DNA of 63,084 nucleotides, filler included, from Conidiobolus incongruus B7586 (Eukaryota): NCBI GenBank assembly GCA_000697335.1. It is 12 parts of 12 records of this genome, joined end to end, with 100 filler letters (N's around TTAATTAATTAA, not from the genome) between each part and the next. Parts side by side here need not be neighbours in the genome. Positions count along the whole stretch, not along the records: positions 28,188 to 29,292 come from JNEM01007431.1; positions 29,393 to 43,625 come from JNEM01007434.1; 10 more parts are not named here. One strand, 5' to 3'. Shown piece by piece: positions 28,188 to 40,450 of this stretch (position 1 is its first letter; each line of letters starts with the position of its first letter). The notes under the pieces were generated by a model. It saw only the letters and a program-made list of their open reading frames with translations, ran no database searches and was not told where the DNA came from. The position numbers and the translations under genes were made by a program.

Positions 28188-29292
28188 AAACACTTATATT
28201 TTTACTAATAACTTAATTAATATTTAATTAAATAAACTTAAATTAAATAGTTAAAATTTAATATATTTATTAATTATATATATCATTAAATAATAATATT
28301 TAGCTATTAATTGGCTAAAATATAAATCTTTAAATTTTACCTAAGGTGAGTTATAAATTTATAGGTTTTTAGTGATAAAAAAATTAAAACTTAATATATC
28401 TATCTTTAACTTTTCTAACTTCTTTAAGTTTATAGGGTATAGAATTAACTAACTTCTTATATTAAAAAGGGTTAATCTTATTCTATACTTCTTAAATATA
28501 TTTTTAAAGCTGATTTAAATCTTTTATTAAAGGGAAAGCTTTAATAATTTTTTTAACTAATCCTAAAGATATTTAATTAAATTAAGGTTAAAAGATTAAA
28601 AAAGCTATTTTATAACTATTATCTTATTATTTTTAAGTTATTTGGTAATAAAAGTTATAGTATAACAAAAGATATTATCTTATTAGAAAAAAATATTAGA
28701 TTTATTTAACTTATATTATTTAATAGTTTTTTTAATTTATTGTTTAAAATACTTTAATATATCTTAATATTAATTCCCCTATTAACTTTATAAAAATACC
28801 TTATATTTAAAGATAATATATATCTTTAAATAATAATTAACCTATTATTATACTTTTAAATAAAATTAACATAATGATTATAAAGTAATTTTATATTTTT
28901 TCTAAAATATCTAGCTTTTTTTATTAAATCCACTAAGATATATTTTTGTTTTATTAAATTAAATAACTTTAATTAGTTTTAATTTAATATTAATAATGAC
29001 ATTTAAACTCCCACCTAGTTTTATAATAGGATTTCTTTAATTAAAGGTGTTTTTTCTTAAAATATAAATAGTATTTATATTAATATAAAATATATATAAT
29101 AGTATTAGTTTTAATTAATATTCTTATATAGTTTTATAGTTTCTGTTATATTTCTATAATAATATTATATTTACTTATATTAACTAACCTATAAACATAC
29201 TTTTTATTTTATTTATTTATAATTTTAACATATTTAAGTTTAAGTTTAAATGTGTTTTTATTGTTATTCTTAATAACTTTAACCATAGTAAA
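28188..29292 (-). mobile_element. Tc1 family B copy bounded by gaps
   Basis: Colinear with ~60997-62105. Confidence 0.85.
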
Positions 29293-29920
29293 NNNNNNNN
29301 NNNNNNNNNNNNNNNNNNNNNNNNNNNNNNNNNNNNTTAATTAATTAANNNNNNNNNNNNNNNNNNNNNNNNNNNNNNNNNNNNNNNNNNNNTATTATTA
29401 AATTAATAAAAATAAAAATAAAAGTAAAAATTATTTAATCTAAATCAAAATTAAACAAAATCTTTTTTAAATAAAATTTGATATATTCTATAATAATTGG
29501 TAATTTTAAATAAATATGTTACTAATCTTATATAATTTTAAATAATTTATAATTATGTTCTACTAATATTAAAATAAAAAAAATATTGATAATCATTATA
29601 TAATATAGAGAAAAAAATCCAGAGTAAAATTTTAAGTCAAAATATTATAATAAAAAAAGACAAAAATGAATTTATATATATATTATTAAAAATGATGTTT
29701 TTTTATATATTCAATATTGAATTAGTTTTAAAAATTTCACAATATTTTTGAAGAATCAAAAATTAAAAAATATGCCATTTTATTAATTTAAAACTAATAA
29801 TGTAATTGGAAAATTATATCGGAGTAGTATTTGTAATGATTAGTTATATATTAATTATAAAAATAATAAAAAAATTCATAATATTGTTTATTGAAAGAAT
29901 TTTTATTTTAACTGATTAAG

Positions 29921-30373
29921 TTAATAATTTCTAAACTCATAACCTTCAACATTGCCATGAGCATAGAAATAGTTTCCTTCATTAACCACATATTTGTTAT
30001 TATAAGTCGATTTCAATTGGAATCCATTAGCAGTCTTAATAATATTAAAGAATTTCCTTGGATCATCGTTGGGGACTTCAAGAGCAAGGAGTCCAGTCTT
30101 CTCATCAACAGCCAATGCATGGAGAAATTCAGAAACTTCATAACCTCGTTGGATTTGAATAATTTGATTATTGGGAATATGGCTAGCTTTATTCCATTCT
30201 TTACTGCAATAGTAATGATCACAGAATTTTACATCAGCTACCATAGTGCCATTGATATTGGAATTGGATAAAGCGTAGACATCGAAGTTATAATTTTTAT
30301 ATTGACTCCAGTTCATATAAGTAGACTGAGTAGAGTATAAGATACTAGTGGTATTTCCGTTGTTAATAGGCAT
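29921..30373 (-). CDS. 150-aa protein of unknown function, copy 1 (possibly beta-trefoil/fascin-like)
   Basis: Intact ORF with higher GC than its flanks; the paralog at 32920-33372 keeps the same frame, start and stop; upstream TATA-like motif. Confidence 0.85.
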   Translation of the reverse strand: MPINNGNTTSILYSTQSTYMNWSQYKNYNFDVYALSNSNINGTMVADVKFCDHYYCSKEWNKASHIPNNQIIQIQRGYEVSEFLHALAVDEKTGLLALEVPNDDPRKFFNIIKTANGFQLKSTYNNKYVVNEGNYFYAHGNVEGYEFRNY

Positions 30374-32919
30374 AATTAATATAATTAAATAATAATGGTG
30401 TTTTTGAAGGTTAATCGAAAAGCTTAAGGTGAAAAATTATTTTATATTGCTCTATAAATATTGAAAGTTAATCTTTATTTTTACAAGTTGAACTAAACAA
30501 TAATATATAAATAGAATCAACCAATTTAGCAATTGTATAGTTTCTTGATTCAATAGATTTAATCTCAAAATATCAAATTAACTCATTTTTATATCTTATA
30601 ACACTTTGCTCTCTTATTATTACTTGTTGATTTATATTAATATAAAAATTTCTTTAAATTTACCAAATTATTTAAGACTTGGATTTTATTAATGTACTAT
30701 TTTACATTGCCACCGATTTCTTGAATACTTTTATCCAACAAAAATGAAGTGAAAATATACCGAATGTTAATTATAGTATTTTAGATATTTTTATTATAAA
30801 TGATATATATTAAACAAAAATATATTATTTTATTAATATAAATTAAATTTTTCTGTTAAAAATAATATTTTAATATCATTTACTTTGAATCAATATAATA
30901 ATAAATTATATGTTGTCATTACTTACTATTGCAAAAATACCAAGTATCATTGTAATATACTCAAAAATAGTTTTCTTGCTCCTATTATGTCAACTGAACA
31001 ACAGAAAATAATTATACTATATTATCCATTACACGAGTTATTGAAAACATGAGATATGTTATTATTTTACTATATTAGTAAATAAAGTTATAAGTCATCC
31101 AAAAAATACTTGTTGAAATTAAAAAATTAAAAATATCAAAATAAAAATCATTTATTATAATTTGAATAAAAATTTGGATTTCGTGGATCAATAAAATGGT
31201 ATTTAAAATTAAACATCTTTAGTTGAATTATTGCAAATATTTTATAATACTTGAGATTCAATATTTAAACTGAATTCAATTTGGCAGTTCATTTTTCTTT
31301 TGATAAAAAATATGAACAATTTATAAATCCTTGACAAAGTGTTTAAAATAGAGTGTAGAATAAATAGTTAAAAGCAGTTTATCGTTGAGGTTTTTCAAGA
31401 ATAGAACTAAATCCAAATCCATTATAAATCTCCACTTTCTTTCCTTTTATCAAACTCATCATGAATTACTTTGGGTTCCTATCATGCTCCTCAAAGATCA
31501 TAATGAACATTGCCAAACTCTATTTATAGCATTTGAAATTAAAATTAATCATACACTAACAAACATTTTTATAGCCATAAAATATTGTATTTGCTTAACC
31601 AAATTTAATTTATGATAAATTATTTTTAATAATTTATTTTTAAAAACTTTTACTTAATATAAATATATTTGGAATTTAATTATATAATAAATATTTCATT
31701 AAATAAATAAATAACTGTTAAAATTGAAGTTTGAAAATAAAAATATCTTATTACAGTATATAATTATATTATATGGATAAAATAAATATAAAACAATAAT
31801 ATTATAACTTATTACTTTCAATTTACTTTTTATTTAATATTGTTAATATATCTTATATGATATAGCTTATCAAAAATTAGTAATTATGATATACAAATAT
31901 TATCAATCTGTAAATAAAGGAATATATATTATTAGTCCATATAAATATAAAAAATAATAATTAAAGTAAATTATGTACTTATTTTAAATTTGATAATTTA
32001 TTATTTATTAAGTCTTTTGAGAATAAATAAAAATAATAATGAAGTATTTAATTTATTATATTATTACTAAAGTAATAATAAAATAGATATAATAATTCAA
32101 AAGGTGTTAGTATTACTTGATTTTTTTATATATCATAAATTAATCTAATTTTGAATTCATGTTTTACTACTTTAAAAATAAATATTAAATTTTATATTAT
32201 ATATAATATAATAGATGATATTATAATTTCTTATTTTAATGTGTATTAAAATATGATTTCATTAATATCTAAATACTATAATAAATTTAAATTCAATAAT
32301 TTACAAGGATATTAAGTTATTCCTGTTTTTTATATTTGCTAATTAATTGTTAATAAATTATGGATATTAAATTATAAAAGTTCTAGATTAAGAGCTTTAG
32401 CAATGGAGTATGAAAAATAAAGTGTAAAATTTTTACCTAGCTAATATTTATAAAATACGGTATCAATTATAAAAAACAATATTTTTAATGTTTATTAATA
32501 ACTAGAAAATTTTTATACAAGAAATTATCATTAAATCAGTATGCCTTTAGTATATAAACATTTACAAATTATTATAAGATGAAAAATGAATTGAAATTAT
32601 AATTTTAAAAATAATAATAAATAGAAATTATAATTGGGAAATTAACCAAATTTACAAATAATTTAGAACTAACATAGATGATGTAATAAAATATAGAATT
32701 TTGATAACAAAATCATTGTCTATTTTTTATTATATTTTTAAATTATATAATTTTTAAAATTTTATATTTAAAAATTATTACTTTTCAGAATTGATCGAGG
32801 AAGTATGTATTTTATGAAGGAAATTGATGTAATAAAACAATAATACAGACCAAATTAATAAACCAACTGAATCAATTGATAGTTTATTGAAATATTATAT
32901 AATGGTGTATGATTAACTA

Positions 32920-33372
32920 TTAATAGTTCTTAAACTCATAGCCTTCAACATCGCCATGAGCATAGAAATAGTTTCCTTCATTAACCACATATTTGTTATT
33001 ATAACTCGATTTCAATTGGAATCCATTAGCAGTCTTAATAATATTAAAGAATTTCCTTGGATCATCGTTGGGGACTTCAAGAGCAAGGAGTCCAGTCTTC
33101 TCATCAACAGCCAATGCATGGAGAAATCCAGAAACTTCATAACCTCGTTGGATTTGAATAATTTGATTATTGGGAATATGGCTAGCTTTATTCCATTCTT
33201 TACTGCAATAGTAATGATCACAGAATTTTACATCAGCTACCATAGTGCCATTGATATTGGAATTGGATAAAGCGTAGACATCGAAGTTATAATTTTTATA
33301 TTTACTCCAATTCATGTAGATGGATTGAGTGGAGTATAGGATACTGGTGGTGTTTCCGTTGCTAATAGACAT
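32920..33372 (-). CDS. 150-aa protein of unknown function, copy 2
   Basis: About 20 nt differences from copy 1 over 453 nt by manual count, many of them synonymous. Confidence 0.85.
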   Translation of the reverse strand: MSISNGNTTSILYSTQSIYMNWSKYKNYNFDVYALSNSNINGTMVADVKFCDHYYCSKEWNKASHIPNNQIIQIQRGYEVSGFLHALAVDEKTGLLALEVPNDDPRKFFNIIKTANGFQLKSSYNNKYVVNEGNYFYAHGDVEGYEFKNY

Positions 33373-35669
33373 GATTGATTTAGTTAGAGGTTATTAATGA
33401 TGCTGAAGCTTGAATAATATGCTTAGACGCTAAGCCTATTATATATACTTTAATACACCTTTGATAAATTATTTTTGGGTATTAAAATTCAAACAGAACC
33501 AAGCCAAATTCTTAAAAATAGATTAAACAAATTCAACAATTGCAATACTCATTGGCTAATTTGATTTATTTTTAAATTATGTTATTGATAAACTATTAAA
33601 ATTTAAATCATTTTAAAATTCATATAATTTATTTTACACTTTATTTTAACAAATTTTTATTAATAGAATATATCATTGTTCACTTTAGTTTTAAGTTAGA
33701 TATCATAAAACGATATTTTAAAAAATAAATATATTCAAATTCATATTATATAATAATCAAACTTTTTATATTCAAAAAATTTAAATATCTTTGAATAATG
33801 TTTGATAATACTAATATTTTTATTTATCCTTAGACCGTGAAAGTTTTGAATAACTCCCGTTTGAATAATTGATGGTTAATCGATTTTTACTTAAATCAAT
33901 AAATCACATTTTTGTACTACATTTAAAATTTCTCAACCTATTATATTATGATATATTCAAAAATCTCAAAATAGTAAATTCGGATAATTTTTAAATGTAA
34001 ATAAGAGAGAAATTTTGTAATAACACTTTGGATATTCAAATTACTAAAACCTATAATCTTTATTGATTAAAGGATATACGAGCTATTTATTTGCTCCAGA
34101 CAAATTATAAAGGATATTTTTTATATAATCCAGTTCAGGACAGGTTATAACAATTAGTTTATATATATTTTTTGATAATTATTATATTCACTTAAGTTCA
34201 ATACTATATATTTAATTAATACTAATTTGTTTTTATTTTGGTAAGAACATGCTGCCAATGAAATATGTATTAATTAAATATAATATAGAACAAACTGTTT
34301 GTTATATTTAATGAAAATTCTTTTATTCATTTTAATATATTTGTTTAAATTTTGATTAAAAAGTAATATTAGAATTAACCAATTCAATATATATACATAT
34401 AATTAAAAAAAGTCTATGAATTAAAATATAGCTATATATCTCATTAGCATCAATATTATAATATTTTTTTGATTTTTATATAAATGAATATTAAATTTAT
34501 TATAAAATTTTTATATACAATAATTGAGTATAATACTGGATTATTTCAGCTGATTCGAATGATTTAATATGATATAAATTATAAATTTATCACATGATTT
34601 TTAGGATTTCATTTCACAGTAAAATATTATTTATTATTTATAGGTATAATAAAATTATAAAATTAATTAAAATTTGGCAAAAAAAAATTTTTGAAATATT
34701 TTTTTAATAATATTAAAATCAATATAATTATTTTTTATTCAAATATCTAATATATTATTGTTTTATATCTTATCATAAAAATCTCATAAATTTTTATCAC
34801 ATGACAAAAATATAAAACTTTTCCACAAGTATTACAATGGTCGCGCCTATTCAACAAAAGTTAAAATGCTTCAAATTTATTCAATCTTTACTGAGTTAAA
34901 AGTCTAGTGTTATATTGTTTTGTGATACTATTGATTCAGTTGATTGATATAAAGCTCATTTGAGATCCTTACTAGATTTTTTTTAAATTCCTGAAGTTTA
35001 AGGTAATGTGATATGGTCAATTTTTTATCCAATTTTAATGTTGTACTACAATAATAAATGAGCATTGATAAATTTAGTACCGAACCTGAAATTTTCACCT
35101 GTTTTGAAAATGTCTATTTATATTTAATCAAGGCTTAGATAAACTATCACTTGAAGGACAGATACTTGGAGATTATTTTGTAATTATACTTAGTTTCAAA
35201 CAATATTGCTTTAAATATCAATTAAGGCATATATGATTTTCAATTGAATTTTATTTCCATTTTATTTATTTCAATTACATCTCATTCAAACTTTAGGACC
35301 TCATTTTTTGTGTTAATATATTCATTCATTTAATACATAGACCTTGAATGATATGTATTAAACTAATATTATCCTAAATATAGCATTAATGGTTATTATT
35401 AAGTTCAATCAACTTGGTATCACTTTTTATACAATATATTAATAAATTCATTAAATTCATTTTATTATATATATATAATTATAAATTTAAACTTAGTCAA
35501 TATAAGCTTTCACTACCTATAGATCAAATACTGCCAACATCCTGACATTATTATATTATATTTAATATTTTTTATTTTTTGATTCTAATATTGCTGAAAA
35601 TTAAAAATAATAACTAAACTCATAAATACAATATAAATAAAATAAGGGTCTTAATAAAAAACTTTTATA

Positions 35670-36193
35670 ATAAATAACTTTTTTGGTTTTTTTCAAACCA
35701 GTAAAAAAATATTAGGAAAATATAATTGTTATTATTCTTATAAAAAATCTTCAAGATAAATAGCCTGAAAAAGAAATTAGGTATAAAAAATATCAAGAAG
35801 AATAGCTAAAAGTCAAGAAATAGATTAAAAACCTTTTAAATATAACGTACAAGGAATTGACCAAATTGTTTGTTAAAAATAAGGATAAGAGCCAATAAAT
35901 ATATTAGGAATAAAAGTATAAGTGCAATGTTAGGATGGTCACATTATGAATTTAAGCAAACCTTATTCAACAAAACAAGGTAACATCCTTGATATAAAAT
36001 AATCATTTATGACAAGTATCACATAAGAAAAACATCTGGTAATTGTGGATATCTGCATATATAACTTGGATCAAGCAAGACTTTCAAGTGCCTTCAATAT
36101 CATTTACAGATGGATCAAGATATCAACTCTGTTAGAAACATACTCCTTTTCTATTTAAATGCCAATCAACCAGTCTTCCAGGATTGGTGTTAG
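35670..36193 (+). pseudogene. Fanzor2/TnpB-like RNA-guided nuclease pseudogene (C-terminal RuvC / zinc-finger region)
   Basis: 35927-36193 reads MLGWSHYEFKQTLFNKTR*HP*YKIIIYDKYHIRKTSGNCGYLHI*LGSSKTFKCLQYHLQMDQDINSVRNILLFYL..., matching the WSHYxF...DExYTSKTCxxCG...FxCxxC...DRDxNxARNIL pattern. Upstream IKNLLNITYKELTKLF resembles the preceding helix. The 5' boundary is approximate. Confidence 0.88.
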
Positions 36194-36270
36194 GGTTTAC
36201 TCTCTTGAGGTTTCTGGATTCCGCTCAAAACTTGGAGAAGAGTGATTAAATTTGAATATGTTTAATCGTG
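36177..36270 (+). ncRNA. Putative degenerate Fanzor omegaRNA scaffold
   Basis: Overlaps and follows the Fanzor stop codon. Stem TCCAGGA/TTCTGGA encloses the hairpin AGGG-TTTA-CTCT; second stem CGCTC/GAGTG. Locally GC-rich. Confidence 0.45.
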
Positions 36271-37044
36271 AAGAATGAATGTTTTTATGTAAGAATGATA
36301 TTAATATAATATTTATTTAGAAAGAATAGTTTGATATTGAAAGTAACTGGAGTTCAACCTCCCCGCAACATGTCCGACAAAACCAAACATTTAATGTATA
36401 GAAAGAATGGATAGAAAATCAGGATAAGGTTCTCAATAAGAGCTGTAAAGTTTCGAAAATGGTATTATTATAATATCATAAGGGATAAACTTGGTATAAA
36501 TTTATATTTAATATTTCCAATTTTAATTATCTAAGTATCTTCGACTTAAATTCCTAATACCACATGATGATTCTATTTTCAAATTGTGTTAATTTTATAA
36601 TTTTAGAATTGGGTAATATCATGACTTTGAAAAAGTTCCCGAATAAGTGTTTATTAAAATTCAGGAGTTAAGAAAAATTAAATTTTCAGCGAATTATTAT
36701 TAATTAATTTAATGAATCAATTAATAATTGAAAATGATTAGATTAAAACTTAATTTACTGTTTGGATAATAGTCTGTATCATATTGATGTTCATAATATA
36801 TATTTTATCATTTTACCTTTCTCAAAAAGGGACCTATAGCTTAAATTCTCAATTAATAATGATTAATGTAACCCTAATACCTGGTCAATTATTGAAAAAT
36901 ATTGCATGAGTTATGATGATGGATGAGAATGGATAAACAACATAGTAATAATTGAACTGGATATGTATGAATAAAATATTATTTGATATTATAAATACGG
37001 TAAAGAGGGTCAAGCTTTTTAAATTATTTGATTAATAAATAATA

Positions 37045-38725
37045 ATGGATCACGAAGAATTTAGACAAGCTGGTTATAAAATTATTGATGAAATTGTTGA
37101 TTATTATAAGACTACTAGTGAATTAAAACGTAATTAAACAAAAAAATATATGATATAAAGTAATAACTTATATTTAATAGCTACTACGAATGTTCAACCT
37201 GGTTATTTACCTCCTTTAATTCCCAAGTCGGCTCCCGAAGGTATTTATGATTGATGAATTTTTAATACATGATATTAACCAAGTGATCAGAACCTGAAAG
37301 TTTTGAACAGATTCATAAAGATTTCAAAGAATTAGTAGTCCCTGGATTAACCCACTGGCAATCTGCTAACTTTTTCGGTTATTTCCCTAGTACTTCATCC
37401 TATCCCAGTATGCTGGCTGAAATGTACAGCAACATGTTTAACTCCCAAGGCTTCGACTGGATCTGTAATCCTGCAGCCACCGAACTCGAAGGAGTCGTCA
37501 TGAACTGGCTGGGTCAATTACTCGGCTTGGATGATTCTTTCTTGTCTGACAAGAGTGAAACCAAAGGTTGCGGTAGTATTCAAGCTACTGCTAGTGAAGG
37601 TACTTTGGTATCAATGATCGCTGCTAGAAACAGAGTCCTTAAGAAGTTGACTGAAAATCCTTCTTTCAACGAGAATGAAGAATTCAGAGACACTAAAAAG
37701 TTAGTTGTATACACTTCTAACCAAGTAAGTTATATATTGCTCATTAGTTTTTTTATGTTTTAACCTGCTGTTGTGTTTAGGCTCATTCTAGTTTTGTCAA
37801 AGCTGCTAAAATCCTTAACATTAAAATTCAAACTTTAGAAACCGATGAAAATGGAGCTGTGCAACCTCAATTCTTAAAAGAGCAATTAACAGTAAGTCAA
37901 TCATGTCACATGATTCGAACTGTAATTTAACAATCGAAATAGAAAGATATTGAACAAGGCTTTATTCCATTCTATGTTGGTTTATGCTTAGGTACAACTG
38001 GTGTTGGTGCCGTCGATAATATCACAGATATTATCCCTGTTGCCAAAGAACACGAATTATGGATTCATGTAGATGCTGCTTGGGCCGGTGCTTATTTGAT
38101 GTTACCTCAATACCAAACTTTCAATGGATTCAAAGGATGTGACTCCATTGTTTTCAATCCACATAAACTGATGCTCACTAACTTCGATTGCTGTGCCTTA
38201 TGGACCAAGAACAGATTTGATTTAATTGAAGCTCTTTCAGCTGATGCAAGCTACTATACCAACTTTGCTACTCAATCTGGTAAGGTCATTGACTACAAGA
38301 ACTTGCAGGTTCCTTTGGGCCGTCGTTTCAGATCCCTTAAGCTCTGGTTCGTTATGCGCAACTATGGTGCCAAAGGTCTCAGACAGCTTCTCCAGAACAA
38401 TTTGGACTTGACTCAACATCTCGTTGAGCTCATTAAGCGCGATGATATCTTTGAAATCACTCATCCCACCATTTTCTCATTGGTATGCTTCCGCATGAAA
38501 CCCCAGACTTCAGATGAATCCTCTGATTTGACTAACCGTCGTAACAAGTGGATCTTTGAACAAATCTCTAAGCAGGGTGACTTTCTTATCGGTCACACTA
38601 ACTTCAACTCCAAATATATCTTCAGAGTATCAATCGGTAACCAACACAACACTCAAGAATCCGTTACGAATGTATATGAAAGATTGAAGACTTTAGCCAT
38701 GGAAGTTGATCAATTTATTCAATAA
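37045..38725 (+). CDS. PLP-dependent aromatic L-amino acid decarboxylase (DDC/TDC-like, group II); exons 37045-37129, 37181-37240, 37291-37724, 37781-37891, 37943-38725
   Basis: MDHEEFRQAG, VQPGYL, PGLTHWQS, PAATELE, AHSS, WIHVDAAWAG, FNPHK (PLP lysine), PLGRRFRSLKLW; four GT-AG introns of 50-56 nt restore the frame. Confidence 0.95.
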
Positions 38726-40450
38726 TTCAACTCATTTGATTTACTTGTTTATTACTTAGTTCAAGTGTTTAGTCTTAATCATATTGTGATTTCACAATAT
38801 TCTGTTCTATAAGTGTTAAATATTTAAAATAATAACATACTATGCAATAAAATTTTCATTTTCAAATAAATATATATTGTATAATTTGATATTACGAAGT
38901 TAAATTTATATTTTATTTAAAATATTTCAAATAAAATAAACCCAAAAATAGATAATAAAATGAATACTGAAATATAAATATTATTAAAAATGTAAATTTT
39001 TCTTATTCCAAATATTGCTTCAATCAATTTTCATCTTGCTAAAATAAAAATTATTTTGGAAGGTTAAAATCCAATTTCATTTGAATATTTTGGTTAATTT
39101 CTAAACCATCTACTTTGTTTTCATAAATCAATGCTTCTACGAACATTTATTAGAGACCTATTCAAAATTTAAATCTTTTAATTAATCAAGATATTTTAAT
39201 AAAAATGTTATTTAAAGAGTTATAAGTAAATTCACATTATTAATCAGAGTAATTTTAAAATAAAGTTCTAGTCAAATTATTAATTTGAGATCAAAGATAA
39301 GTTATGATTTAGTTTACTAATCAAATTATAAATTTATAACTTAATAAAAAATTTGAAATTGATATGATTTATTATTATATCTATGTATTGTGTATATGAG
39401 TCATAAAATAAGATATGTTCTTATTAATAGATAATGCTTTGATAGATGCAACTAGTGTTTTAATCGTATTTTCTATAATATAAATATATATTTTTAGAAC
39501 TATAAAAACAGATCTCTCTTTTAGTTTTATATTTGATTTTATAATCCCTTTATAACTAAATTTAACAGCTTTTATCTGAAAGAATGACTTCTAACAACAC
39601 TAATATCAATATCAATTTTCACCATTCTAAAGCCTATAGAACTGTAAATAACAAAGTTTTACAATGATATGCATGTATAATATATAATTAAAAACACCAA
39701 TATATTGAATTTAAATGAATATTAGAAATATTAATATATAATAATCAAATTAAAATCAACTTTTATTAATAAAATAAGTTAATTAACTTATTAAATCTTT
39801 ATTTTATTTGAATTTGGCTTTATATATCATCAATTCTTATCCAAAAAATATTTATATTTTATAAAATAAAAACAAATAATTTAAATTTAACAGTTTTTAT
39901 ATTGTTAAAACTAGATTAACATTTTTATTATTTTATTATGTTATATTTAAAATTAATGATAAATTCAATATAATTTAAAAATTGATTTCATTTAATAATA
40001 GTTAAAATTAATATATAAGTTTAAATTAATAATGAAATAATATAATTTCATTAATAATATAGCTAATACTAGCCAATAATTCGTACTTTAATCATAATAG
40101 AGTTATTCGTTTTATTATTTTCTATATTTTTTTTAAAATTATATATTTGTACTTTTATATTTAATTCTCAAATTGAAATAATATTGGTTTAATGAATAAA
40201 GTTGGTTTTTTTGTCAATATTTGACCAATTTTTCATTATATTAAAAAATATCTTTATTATCAATATAAAACACCTTTTATTAATATTATATTATATATTT
40301 ATTTAATTTAATAATTGAATTATTAATTTCTAATCTAAAATATATATTAACAAAATACTAACTTTTATAGTTAAGTTTTTTAAACTATATAATTTTGATA
40401 ATTCTATATAAAAATAATGATTATTAATATTTATCAAGAAAAACATAATA

